Positions 18,967 to 27,925 of a DNA stretch of 64,000 bases are shown one piece after another. The stretch is taken from contig JBAZWC010000001.1 in NCBI GenBank assembly GCA_041660565.1, forward strand, positions 430,481-494,480, given 5' to 3'. The notes beneath the pieces were generated by a model. The model was given only the letters and a program-made list of their open reading frames with translations, did no database searches and was not told the DNA's origin. Numbering within the stretch: position 1 is the first letter of the stretch; each line of letters opens with the position of its first letter. Origin of the DNA: Patescibacteria group bacterium. GTDB lineage: Bacteria > Patescibacteriota > UBA1384 > CAJBMM01. The position numbers were made by a program, and so were the translations under genes.

Positions 18967-19050
18967 GATTTTTGCAATCTATCGCCGCGTTTTCAACGAC
19001 CGGATCCAGATTTTTGCAATCTATCGCCGCGTTTTCAACGACCGGCTCCA
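18967..19050 (+). repeat. 2 x 42-bp tandem repeat abutting the tRNA-Thr 3' end, each unit ending in a tRNA-end-like CGG(A/C)TCCA
   Basis: gatttttgcaatctatcgccgcgttttcaacgaccggatcca repeated twice. The tRNA itself ends ..gtcggctcca. Confidence 0.7.
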
Positions 19051-19085
19051 AAAAAATTCTCCGCCAGGGAGAATTTTTGTTTGTC
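19051..19085. terminator. bidirectional intrinsic terminator
   Basis: aaaaaaaTTCTCCgccaGGGAGAAttttt, with T/A runs on both sides. Confidence 0.65.
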
Positions 19086-19305
19086 TTAAATATTAGTAGA
19101 CCGGTCCCGAAAGCGATGCCATCGGGACCGGGTTGTGCACGACCATCGCGCCCGTTGCCTAACCAAGGGATGGAAAGCGCTCTGCTTCCCAAGCCCCGCC
19201 GTGACGGGTTAGGTAACGAGCGGGGTCGCTGGTGTTACGAGGACCTTCATGTGAGTCCTCCTGGGTGAGCGCGGTGGTGGCTTTGGACATCTAGCCTGGC
19301 GCTCA
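19086..19305 (-). ncRNA. candidate GC-rich structured small RNA (about 220 nt), unknown class
   Basis: Minus-strand promoter TTGACA (19334-19339), 17 nt, TATTTT (19311-19316). GC-rich hairpins (GACCGGTCCCGA..TCGGGACCGG and GCCTAACC..GGTTAGG). Ends at the bidirectional terminator. Contains a 12-codon ORF with a perfect AGGAGG SD (MKVLVTPATPLVT). Confidence 0.35.
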
Positions 19306-19514
19306 TCAGTAAAATATCAAAAACGATTTTCGCTGTCAACAAAAAATAGAGCGCACGCTGATTTGCCAAATCCGTTGCCACCCTTAAATATCCCTAGTAA
19401 TCCTTAGCGATTCGAAAATCGCCTCTCCATTTTTAAATAAATTCGAGATTCCAAAAGTTTAAAAATTAAAAAACTATTTGACATTTGTCATTAGAAATTA
19501 GTCATTAGACATTT

Positions 19515-19546
19515 TCTATATAGATTCCGGATCAAGTCCGGAATGA
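19515..19546. repeat. GTCATTCC hairpin repeat (reverse orientation) abutting the gap stop codon
   Basis: tatagATTCCGGatcaagtCCGGAATgacat. Confidence 0.6.
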
Positions 19547-19548
19547 CA

Positions 19549-20556
19549 TCAGAGTTTTTGACCCACCAGTACTGCTTCTTCAACCAATCTGTTGGCATAG
19601 CCCCATTCGTTGTCGTACCACGCCACCACTTTAACCAAATCGCCATCTACCACCTGCGTTAACGACAGATCAACAATCGACGAAAAGTGGCTCCCAATAA
19701 AGTCCGACGATACCAGTGGCTCTTCGGTATAGGACAAAATCCCCTCATAGCGCTTCATTTTATCCACCGCTTTTTTGAACACCTCGTTTACCTGCTTGAC
19801 GGTGGTTTTTTTCTTCAACAAAAAGGTAAAATCAGCCAATGACACCACCGAAGTTGGTACCCGAATTGCCAATCCATCAAACAAGCCCTTTAGTTCCGGC
19901 ACTACTTGATGAGCAGCGCTGGCGGCTCCGGTAGATGTTGGCACAATGTTCATACCAGCACTTCTGGCGCGGCGCAAATCTTTGTGCGGCCCGTCTTGCA
20001 GATTTTGGTCGGCAGTGTACGAGTGGATAGTGGTCATCATCGCCTTTTTCACTCCAAACTCGGACACAATAATTTGGGCAACCGGTGTAATACAGTTGGT
20101 GGTGCATGAAGCATTTGAAATAATTTCTTCTTTATTGTATTTGTTGTCGTTGACCCCCATCACCAGCGTAACCGCACCGTCTCCCTTTGCCGGAGCAGAG
20201 ATAATTACTCGCTTTGCTCCTGCACTAATATGCGCATGGGCGTCTTTTGGATCGGTAAATCGCCCGGTGCACTCTAGCACAATATCGACATTTTCTTTTT
20301 TCCACGGCAATGCTTTGGGATCTTTTTCGGCGTGAACTTTAATCTTGTGACCATCGACCACCAAATTGTCCCCTTCAACGCCAATATTGGCATCGTATTT
20401 GCCATAGTTTGTATCATATGATAGTAGATGCGCCAGCGTGGCAGGATCGGTTAGATCATTAACCGAGGCGATGTTAAGCATTGGTTTGGTAAGGGCAATT
20501 TTCAAGGCGTTTCGCCCAATTCGACCAAATCCATTTATCGCGATATTGATAGACAT
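19549..20556 (-). CDS. gap: glyceraldehyde-3-phosphate dehydrogenase
   Basis: INGFGRIGR NAD-binding N-terminus, active site SCTTNC, full-length GAPDH similarity. Confidence 0.95.
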   Translation of the reverse strand: MSINIAINGFGRIGRNALKIALTKPMLNIASVNDLTDPATLAHLLSYDTNYGKYDANIGVEGDNLVVDGHKIKVHAEKDPKALPWKKENVDIVLECTGRFTDPKDAHAHISAGAKRVIISAPAKGDGAVTLVMGVNDNKYNKEEIISNASCTTNCITPVAQIIVSEFGVKKAMMTTIHSYTADQNLQDGPHKDLRRARSAGMNIVPTSTGAASAAHQVVPELKGLFDGLAIRVPTSVVSLADFTFLLKKKTTVKQVNEVFKKAVDKMKRYEGILSYTEEPLVSSDFIGSHFSSIVDLSLTQVVDGDLVKVVAWYDNEWGYANRLVEEAVLVGQKL

Positions 20557-20680
20557 AGTACTCCTTAATTTGAAATTTGAAATTTTTAATTTGAAATGTA
20601 GACCACGCTTTAGCGTGCTTGAGGAAAACAGACTAAAGTCTGGACTACGTATATTAGGTTACAAATTTAAAATTCGTCAT

Positions 20681-21625
20681 TTATTTATACATTATGCCAG
20701 TTTTGGCGCCAACTTTCATCACCACGCTCTCGGAATTAGCCAGCCCGTGCTCGAGCGCGTTTTTGAAGGTCATGCCGTGCATCAACCCGGCCACTGCGCC
20801 ACTACCCAGTGCGTCTCCGGCACCGGTGCTGTCAACCGCTTTAATATGATGAGGCGTTAGCGAGACAGTATTCTGATGATCAAATGCCCATATTGGATTT
20901 GCGCCATCTGACACAATCGCTTGAACAACTTTCATTTTTTTCAATTCCTTAACCGCATTTTCAGAAGTAATATTTTGCTGAAAAATCATCCCCGCTTCTT
21001 CTCGATTGATAATTAGCAGGCTTATTTGTTTAAACCAACGCTCCAAGTGCATATAATCAATTTTAAGATCTAGTTTGCCCGGATTCCACGCGATTTTAAT
21101 ATTATTTTTATTGGCCCATTGCCACACGTGTTCAATGCTAGGGGCAAGCCCGTTAAGCGATGTAACATACACCCAGCGAGACTTTAGATTATCCAAAACC
21201 GCCAGATCGTCTGTGGTTAAATGCCCGGCCGACCCACGATCGGTTAAAACAGTGCGCTCGGCATTTGGATCAATCAAAATAACCGATTGACCGGTTTTGC
21301 CGCCCTTGGCTACGATTATATGGTCGATTGGAATATTATCTTGGCGTAAATCGTTTTTAACCAAATCCCCGGCATGATCTGAGCCAACTTTGCCAATAAC
21401 AGTAGCCAAAAGACCCTGACGCTTAAAAGTAACCGCAGAATTGGTGGCGCCGCCGCCGCTTTGCTGGATAATGGATTCAACATCGGTTTTTGTACCCAAC
21501 GCAAAACATTCATCCACCCCAGATGGCGAAGCCGTGTCATTATGCTGATGCGCGTTCTTTAGCTTAACTAAAGTATCAAGCAATGAAGCACCAATCGAAA
21601 TACAGTCAAAATCTTTACTCATCAC
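20681..21625 (-). CDS. PfkB-family carbohydrate kinase (ribokinase/fructokinase-like)
   Basis: GGGATNSA and DSTGAGDA motifs. Confidence 0.8.
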   Translation of the reverse strand: MMSKDFDCISIGASLLDTLVKLKNAHQHNDTASPSGVDECFALGTKTDVESIIQQSGGGATNSAVTFKRQGLLATVIGKVGSDHAGDLVKNDLRQDNIPIDHIIVAKGGKTGQSVILIDPNAERTVLTDRGSAGHLTTDDLAVLDNLKSRWVYVTSLNGLAPSIEHVWQWANKNNIKIAWNPGKLDLKIDYMHLERWFKQISLLIINREEAGMIFQQNITSENAVKELKKMKVVQAIVSDGANPIWAFDHQNTVSLTPHHIKAVDSTGAGDALGSGAVAGLMHGMTFKNALEHGLANSESVVMKVGAKTGIMYK

Positions 21626-22479
21626 GCCTTCCCCACGCTGCCAAACATCACCATTTTCTGCTTGACTACTTTATTGATTGAGTCTCTGCCGGCACCAATA
21701 ATCTCTCGGATATCATAAGCCTCGCTATTTGATCTTAAAAACTGCCGCACCGCTGAGCTGAAAGCTAAACGCAAATCGGTATCGATATTAATTTTGACTA
21801 CTCCGTTTCGAATAGCGATATGGATATCTTTAAGCGAATTTCCCGAAGCACCGTGCAACACTAACGGAAAATTACAGGCTTCTTGAATCTGTTTCAACAG
21901 ATCAAAATCGAGTTTTTCTTCGGCAGTGGTGATGCCATGAGCGTTACCAATCCCAACCGCCAGCACGTTTACCCCGGCTTCACGCGTAAACTTTACCGCT
22001 TCCGCTACATTGGTCTTAATTGGTTCTTTGTTTTCGATGTAATCTTCGCGTCCCATCACCGCACCCAGCTCGGCTTCAACCGAAGCGCCATGCTTTTTGG
22101 CCATCGCCACCACTTTGATAGTCTTGGATAAATTATCCTCAAAACTATCATGATTAAAATCTACCATTACCGAAGTGTATCCAACTTCAAGGCATTTTTG
22201 GGCGATATCTACAGTGCGGCCATGATCCAAATGGATTACAATCGGTACTGTTGATTTTTTAGCCATCTGTAAAATAACACCAGTAAGATTGTCGAACCCG
22301 GCATAATCAAGCGCTTTTTCGCTGGTTTGTACAATCGCCGGCGATTTTAGTTCCTCAGCCGCTAAAATTACCGCCTGCGCAGATTCAATATTGGTTACAT
22401 TAAACGCGCCGATTGCATATTTACCGGCAAATGCATGCGGAACTATCGCATCTAGTGATACTAGTATATTCCCCTCCAA
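21622..22479 (-). CDS. fba: class II fructose-bisphosphate aldolase
   Basis: KYAIGAFNV..HLDHG..class II aldolase motifs. Overlaps pfkB by 4 nt. Confidence 0.9.
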   Translation of the reverse strand: MEGNILVSLDAIVPHAFAGKYAIGAFNVTNIESAQAVILAAEELKSPAIVQTSEKALDYAGFDNLTGVILQMAKKSTVPIVIHLDHGRTVDIAQKCLEVGYTSVMVDFNHDSFEDNLSKTIKVVAMAKKHGASVEAELGAVMGREDYIENKEPIKTNVAEAVKFTREAGVNVLAVGIGNAHGITTAEEKLDFDLLKQIQEACNFPLVLHGASGNSLKDIHIAIRNGVVKINIDTDLRLAFSSAVRQFLRSNSEAYDIREIIGAGRDSINKVVKQKMVMFGSVGKA

Positions 22480-22537
22480 CTACTATTATTTTAGCAGAAA
22501 GATCGTAGTAATACGAAATGCAGCTTACAGTATTCGA

Positions 22538-23158
22538 CTAGTTGCTCTGTCCTTGTAACGATAATAGACTTTCTTCCGGATTTGGTTTATTAAAAATAGC
22601 ACTGTGAATCACGGCTGCATCTGCGTGACCAATTAATTCGAACTTTGACTGCTCTATCCCACCATCTACTGCCACAAATAAATCTGAATTAATGTTTTTA
22701 ACTTCGGTGATTTTCCCAATCATATCTTCTTGAAACGGACGCCCGCTTTCACCCGGACTAACCGTTAAAATTAGCACACTCGAAATTGAATCAAGATACG
22801 GCCTAATTAATTCAACCGGGTCTTCGGGCGACAGTGCAACACCTGCTTTTAGGTTGAGAATTTTGGTTTGCTCTAAAAAAACACCAAAAGTTGCCGCTTT
22901 AGGATGAGCATAAATATAACGCACTTTTTCAGCCTTAATACCATCCAGATATCGCGCCGGGTCCATTACCATCAAATGCACATCACAAATATTGTGCTGA
23001 ACAATGTTAAGCTGATCGCTTACGCTAGGCGTTGCACCCGGCACCAAAGTGCCATCACACACATCCAAATGCACCACGTTGGCCACCAATTTAACCAAAT
23101 CAACCTGGTTTCGAACTTCTTCAAGATTACGAGCTAAAATGGACGGGATAATCTCCAT
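22538..23158 (-). CDS. rpe: ribulose-phosphate 3-epimerase
   Basis: IIPSILA..HLDVCDG..HLMV RPE motifs. Confidence 0.85.
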   Translation of the reverse strand: MEIIPSILARNLEEVRNQVDLVKLVANVVHLDVCDGTLVPGATPSVSDQLNIVQHNICDVHLMVMDPARYLDGIKAEKVRYIYAHPKAATFGVFLEQTKILNLKAGVALSPEDPVELIRPYLDSISSVLILTVSPGESGRPFQEDMIGKITEVKNINSDLFVAVDGGIEQSKFELIGHADAAVIHSAIFNKPNPEESLLSLQGQSN

Positions 23159-23162
23159 TACG

Positions 23163-23603
23163 TCAATCCAAATCGGTAATTTTTTTTAACCGACGTATAT
23201 GACGTTCCTCGGCAGAAAATGGGGTGTTCAACCAGTTATCCACAATTTCAATAGCCGAATCCTCGCTTAAATAAGCCGCACCCAAGCACAAAACGTTAAT
23301 ATTATCATCAGATTTGACCCGCTCGGCCATTGCCGGTAACGCCACCGTACCCGCTAAAACACCTTTAACTCTATTTGCCGCCATACACATTCCCACACCG
23401 GTGGCGCAAATTAAAATTCCAAGATGACTTTTTGGATCTTTGCTTATCTCTTTTGCCACTTTAATGGCTAAGTCGGGATAATCCACTGGATCTGCGGTAT
23501 CGGTGCCAAAATCTGTTACCTTAATTCCCCGACCTTTCAAAAACTTTACCACGCTTTTTTTTAATTCCACCCCAACGTGATCATTAGCGATAAAAATGTC
23601 CAT
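23163..23603 (-). CDS. rpiB: ribose-5-phosphate isomerase B
   Basis: RpiB/LacAB family over the full length, 146 aa. Confidence 0.85.
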   Translation of the reverse strand: MDIFIANDHVGVELKKSVVKFLKGRGIKVTDFGTDTADPVDYPDLAIKVAKEISKDPKSHLGILICATGVGMCMAANRVKGVLAGTVALPAMAERVKSDDNINVLCLGAAYLSEDSAIEIVDNWLNTPFSAEERHIRRLKKITDLD

Positions 23604-23674
23604 AATTCCCCTAATTTTAAATTTTCAATTTTTAATTTCAAATGAAAGGCAACCAATTTTAAATATCTAAATAA

Positions 23675-23745
23675 GGAACCTTTTTAAATTTTATCATTCG
23701 GTACTTATTCATTTAAAATTTTGCCTTTAAAATTTTAAAATTGTT
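23675..23745. repeat. AT-rich ~70-bp repeat (ggaacctttttaaattttatcattcggtacttattcatttaaaattttgcctttaaaattttaaaattg)
   Basis: The reverse complement recurs at about 55905-55980. Confidence 0.6.
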
Positions 23746-23805
23746 AGTGAGATATTTCTCAGTTTTTTTAAGCCAATTTTACGAAATTAAAATTACGCTC
23801 GAATA

Positions 23806-25596
23806 CTAGCTTCCCACCACTCCAACTTGGTTACTATTTGTCTCCACAATCTTCCTCACCGCGCCACCGGCAATACCCACAATGTTAGTGGTTTTTGCCC
23901 CATTGAGCGATGTCCCCACAATCACGTAATTTTGATCCGGTGTCAACATAATGCTAGCTGCGCTGCCGGTACTGGTCAATTGCGTCTCATTTTTGCCATT
24001 ACTATCCGCCACAAAAACGTCAGTTTGGCCGTTTCTAGTATCAATGTAAACCCAACGCCCAGACGAAGTCTTTAACGTCACACTATCCAAACTACCCGGA
24101 TCGTAAATAGTACGAGTATAAATACGATCGCGTACCGTAGGCGTGGCGGTTGAATCGGTCTGATTAGGCGTAGTGTTGGACAAATTAATATCCAATGTTT
24201 TGTAGTTATAACTGGAATCGCGATAGCTGTACCGCACCGACGTACTAGTCAAAAAATACAAATCTTGACCCGAGTTAATCTCGGCGTTACTAATACGGCG
24301 CAAATTAGAACCATCAATCTTAACACTAAAAATACCCTTGGCATCGCTTAAACCAGGCGTACCGTCGGCTACGCCGTAGGCATCTTGAGTGTAAACCACC
24401 GTCCCGCCATCACTACTAACACTCATGGTCACAATACTTGTCAAAATGTTGGTAGATGTGGCTGGCAAAACATTCAACTGAATTCGAGCCTTGGTATCAG
24501 TCCGATACGCCATAATTGCAGTTTGGCTTGGCGATGCGCTACTGGTGTAAACATACACGATGGTGTTATTCGAAGCCCAGCGAATGTACTTTGGATCATT
24601 GTCGTCGGTTGCTTTGGTAATGTTCCCGGCCGTGTCTTTTAGATACAGCTTTGTGGCCGCCTGACCGCTTTGAACCACTCCATCACGATCAGATAGAAAG
24701 GCGAGAGTTTTTTGATTTGGTGATAACAACGGCGCAGTATTACTACCCGTATATTTATCGGAAAAGAGATTTTTCGGCGTAGCGCCCGTTACATCGGTAG
24801 TCAACAAATCAATCTTACCACCCTTTTCCTGCTCAAAAATAACCGATAACTTTGGCTGCATTTCTGCCTTAATAGCACCAAAGGTTTTGTCTGATTTGAT
24901 GGTAAAACTCTGCTGCCAATCAATATAACCGGTCTTTGTAACCTTAATTTGGGTTACATCAGCTTTAATCATAAGTGTAAACGCGCCACTGGCATCGGTA
25001 TCCCCCGCCACCGTACCGGCCAACAATTTTGCCTCAGCAATGCCCTTACCGGAAACGTAATCTACCACTGTTCCGGTTAAACTAAACGTTTTGTCGGGCG
25101 CTTTTTCCAAAATAATGTCAGGCAACGGGTTAAGCCCGCGATAAAGCGTGGCATCAAAGGTTTGCGGTGAATAATCGGTCTTAGTGGCGGTAACAGTAAT
25201 TTTTCCGCTAATCAAGCCGGACATGTTGGCCACTCCATCACTATTAGTGGTAGCAGAGACGCTGTCGATCATCACCACCGCACCGGCAAGCGGTTTATTA
25301 GTGTCTTTTTCCATCACCCGCACCGAAACTTGAGCGGCATTGTACCAATTGCTAAATTTGGTAAATAAATCAAATTGCCACACGCAAAAGCCGGCAACAA
25401 TCAAAATAATGGTCACTAATACTGAGATGACGATTTTACGATTAAACGAGATTTTTAGCTCTACGTTAGATGGTTTTACTTTGTGCTTTGAGTTTGACTG
25501 ATCGGGCTGATCGTCTTTTTCCTCGGCACTCGCGGCTTTCTGATCGTTGGCTTGTGCTTCTTGGTTGTCATCCGAATTGTCAAAAGTCAGATGCAT
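23806..25596 (-). CDS. membrane-anchored exported protein with carboxypeptidase-regulatory-like domains and TolB-like (PD40) beta-propeller
   Basis: N-terminal TM after an acidic/low-complexity leader. Repeated DG..G...Y.. propeller-like blades. Confidence 0.5.
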   Translation of the reverse strand: MHLTFDNSDDNQEAQANDQKAASAEEKDDQPDQSNSKHKVKPSNVELKISFNRKIVISVLVTIILIVAGFCVWQFDLFTKFSNWYNAAQVSVRVMEKDTNKPLAGAVVMIDSVSATTNSDGVANMSGLISGKITVTATKTDYSPQTFDATLYRGLNPLPDIILEKAPDKTFSLTGTVVDYVSGKGIAEAKLLAGTVAGDTDASGAFTLMIKADVTQIKVTKTGYIDWQQSFTIKSDKTFGAIKAEMQPKLSVIFEQEKGGKIDLLTTDVTGATPKNLFSDKYTGSNTAPLLSPNQKTLAFLSDRDGVVQSGQAATKLYLKDTAGNITKATDDNDPKYIRWASNNTIVYVYTSSASPSQTAIMAYRTDTKARIQLNVLPATSTNILTSIVTMSVSSDGGTVVYTQDAYGVADGTPGLSDAKGIFSVKIDGSNLRRISNAEINSGQDLYFLTSTSVRYSYRDSSYNYKTLDINLSNTTPNQTDSTATPTVRDRIYTRTIYDPGSLDSVTLKTSSGRWVYIDTRNGQTDVFVADSNGKNETQLTSTGSAASIMLTPDQNYVIVGTSLNGAKTTNIVGIAGGAVRKIVETNSNQVGVVGS

Positions 25597-25692
25597 ATTC
25601 TGCCCCTTTTATTTAAGATTAAGCGATCGGACCAAAATATGCAACAAATCCTTCGACAAAACCAGGAATCTAATCCTGAGCTTGTCGAAGGA

Positions 25693-25769
25693 TGGCGCGA
25701 GCGACCGGACTTGAACCGGCGACCTCCACAGTGACAGTGTGGCGTTCTAACCAACTGAACTACGCCCGC
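25693..25769 (-). tRNA. tRNA-Asp (anticodon GTC)
   Basis: The reverse complement reads GCGGGCGTAGTTCAGTTGGTTAGAACGCCACActgtcacTGTGGAGGTCGCCGGTTCAAGTCCGGTCGCTCGCGCCA. Confidence 0.85.
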
Positions 25770-25842
25770 ATTTACCCCGTTCTGCGGGGTTAGTATTACT
25801 ATAACACATTTGGAGGATAGAAAATAGAGGGGATCACGACCT

Positions 25843-25910
25843 GTCATCCCCGCCCCGCTAAGCGGGGCTAAGGAACGCTTAGCGTCCCGACATTTTATTC
25901 GGGGATCCAG
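25843..25910. repeat. GTCATCCC/ACGCTTAGCGTCCC hairpin module
   Basis: CCCCGCcccgctaaGCGGGG and the ACGCTTAGCGT palindrome. The related GGGACGCTAAGCGTCCC recurs at 30775-30810. Confidence 0.5.
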
Positions 25911-25933
25911 AAAAAAACCTAGAAGTATTTTTC

Positions 25934-26020
25934 ATAGACTGCCCCGAAGTAAGTTCGGGATGGCTGGCGCCAGATTCCCACCGAAGTCTACCCCGAGCTT
26001 TGCCTCGGGGCGGGAATGAC
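25934..26020. repeat. 87-bp repeat, left copy (inverted relative to 30161-30248)
   Basis: atagactgccccgaag..cgggatggctggcgccagattccc..ctaccccgagctttgcctcggggcgggaatgac. Its reverse complement is about 90% identical to 30161-30248. Confidence 0.8.
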
Positions 26021-26029
26021 AACCTGCTC

Positions 26030-26057
26030 TTGACTCACACCACTGTTTTTGCCATAA
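26030..26057 (+). promoter_or_regulatory. sigma70-type promoter TTGACT-17-CATAAT
   Basis: ttgactcacaccactgtttttgccataat. The downstream leader ggcgttgatcttgaacaactt is shared with the unit starting at 26752. Confidence 0.6.
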
Positions 26058-26063
26058 TCGAGG

Positions 26064-26640
26064 TGTTAAGACGCATAGGGCGTTGATCTTGAACAACTTG
26101 CCCCATCGCAACCGTGGATACTGCTTACCTCTCGGAAGCGATGGCATCTCCTGCAAAAGTATTCAAGGAAGCCCTGTGCGCGTCGCCCCCACTCCCGAGC
26201 CCGGTCAAATGGGGCTCAAGTCCCGTTCAAAAAACGGAGAAGCGTATGAAGCAGTTCGTCGCCTAACCTATCAGCGGGGTGGTCTCGGCAACACGCACCT
26301 GTTGGATAGGTTGCGCGCCCGGACCATTAGATGTCCACTCTCGGTCGGCGTTGAGCGGATTAGATACCCGCTTCAGGTCGACCACGTCTGTTAGGATGTC
26401 GTTGTTTGTTGAACAGAGGCGCGGTGGGTGGGCGAACCCACCTCGCCTCTGGCCTCATCGTCACACATCATCCGCCAGCCGCGCAGGAAACCGCGCATCC
26501 AGCCCCACCTTTCTTCCTACATCCCTTTAAGCGAGGTTCGCCTCGTGTCCCAAGTCGCGCCCCCTCCCAGCCCGGGAGTGGGGCGCTTCTCATTTCCGTC
26601 GCCTTTTCACACCTCCGAGGTGTTTGCCGTTGCCACGGTT
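26064..26640 (+). ncRNA. candidate large GC-rich non-coding transcript, unit 1 (about 0.6 kb)
   Basis: About 62% GC. No ORF above 110 aa, and the small ORFs overlap in all frames. Strong promoter. Ends near the hairpin CACCTCCGAGGTG. Confidence 0.4.
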
Positions 26641-26704
26641 TCACCTCTGAGGAGTGAAATGTCTCTGTCCTCCGTCATCAGTCATCTGTTTTCCGACAGG
26701 GGTA

Positions 26705-26732
26705 TTGACAACCATTTTTATTCTGCTATAAT
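26705..26732 (+). promoter_or_regulatory. consensus sigma70 promoter TTGACA-16-TATAAT
   Basis: ttgacaaccatttttattctgctataat, followed by the leader ggcgttgaccttgaacaact. Confidence 0.7.
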
Positions 26733-26738
26733 GGATCA

Positions 26739-27874
26739 TGTACGCCGATAAAGGCGTTGACCTTGAACAACTGAAAATCCATATCCTCGTCCGGTTAGAG
26801 TCTGGTTAAACCGGCTTGTGGACAGGGTCCACCAGTGGTTCGGGATTGACGCCTTTTCGGCGTTTTGACAAGTTATTAGTCGTTTTTGCCCTAAAATCCA
26901 GCACGTCGAAAGGAAGCACGTCCATGAGGGTGCACGAGCCGTTCGTGAACTTGGAGAAGAACATATGCACGTTCGACGGCAGCACCGGCAACTCGATCAG
27001 CCCGGACGCCGGCCTCAGCGCGTGACCGCCTCCGGCGCCGCCTAGGCCACGGGCCTCGGCGCGCCCAACACGGCGCGTAGCGTGGTGCACGGGGCGCGGT
27101 GCGGCGAGGAGCGTCCTCCCCACCGCGCGCCCGTGGTCTCACAGCTGTTATCTTCCTTGAAGGGAGGCGTCGAGATGAGAGTCGCGACGTCGGGATTCAC
27201 CTAGCGGAAGCTAGGTCGGCCTACCCCGCGGTGTTCGGGCCAACCGGTTGGCAGAGGCACACCCTCTCGCCGGCTGGCGACACTGTGGGTCACTCCCTCC
27301 CCCGGCAGATCCGCCGGGAAAGGAGACACCCCCATGAACCTGCACCAAACCCTGGCCGCCATCAACGGCGGAGGGTAGCACGCGCTCGGCGGTTCGCGTC
27401 TGAGAGTCCGGGTACACCCCGGTTAAGATGAGGGGATCCGACACATAACGCGGATCGTGATCTAGTCGCACCTGTGAGAGTAAGAAGCTGTCCGTGGGCG
27501 GCTAACCCACGGAGCGCATCGATGGAATCTGCGCGAGCAGCGTCGCTGGCATAGGCCGGCGGTCATCTCTGCCGCAAAGCAGGTTCCGTCCTCGGGGCGG
27601 GCGTCGCACAGAGGGCCGTGATTCACTGGCCCCGTATGACACGCCTGGCCCGTCGCGACGCGGAGGGGAACTCGGCTGAACCAACCCCCTCCGCCTCGCC
27701 GTACGAAGTACAAACCGGCGCGTAGCGCGCCACACTACCAAATCGATCCTGGGCGGGACTCCTTCTCGCCCAACATGCCCGCAGCTTTGCATCCTGCGAC
27801 CATGGCTCGGCCGCTTCCCATCATCGGGGGGCGGCCGTTCTACTTTTTATACACCTTTTAGAGGTGTTTTTTTG
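26739..27874 (+). ncRNA. candidate large GC-rich non-coding transcript, unit 2 (about 1.1 kb, roughly 67% GC)
   Basis: Only short overlapping ORFs in all six frames. Two internal small ORFs carry strong SDs (gaaaggaag..ATG, 33 aa; aaaggaga..ATG MNLHQTLAAINGGG). Double terminator: GGCCGC..GCGGCC plus T-run, then ACACCTtttaGAGGTGT plus T7 (27852-27874). Confidence 0.4.
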
Positions 27875-27925
27875 ATTGAAAGAACGTAGCCCAAGCTTCT
27901 TGAACGTGAATTGGGAAACTATAAT

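Noticed and set aside
18739-18977. Six-frame ORFs overlapping tRNA-Thr and its pseudo-copy
   Set aside because: They lie entirely antisense to, or over, tRNA and repeat sequence, and have no RBS.
18967-19050. CRISPR array
   Set aside because: Only two directly abutting 42-bp units with no spacers, and no cas genes. No other regularly spaced repeat arrays appear in the window.
19086-19305. SRP RNA (ffs) on the minus strand
   Set aside because: Only a partial GGGAAGCAGAGC resemblance to domain IV. The GNRA-tetraloop context and the 5'/3' terminal pairing of SRP RNA could not be reconstructed by eye. Kept only as a generic ncRNA candidate.
26279-27792. Numerous 60-110-aa ORFs in all frames of the GC-rich block
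   Set aside because: This is the expected stop-codon paucity of high-GC DNA. They overlap mutually, show no consistent RBS, and none has a recognisable motif. Only the SD-led micro-ORFs are noted, as an alternative.
26040-27880. rRNA fragment or group II intron in the GC-rich block
   Set aside because: Universal 16S/23S motifs (GTGCCAGCAGCCGCGGTAA, GACGGAAAGACCCC and others) are absent. Group II domain V is absent. No RT/maturase ORF is present.
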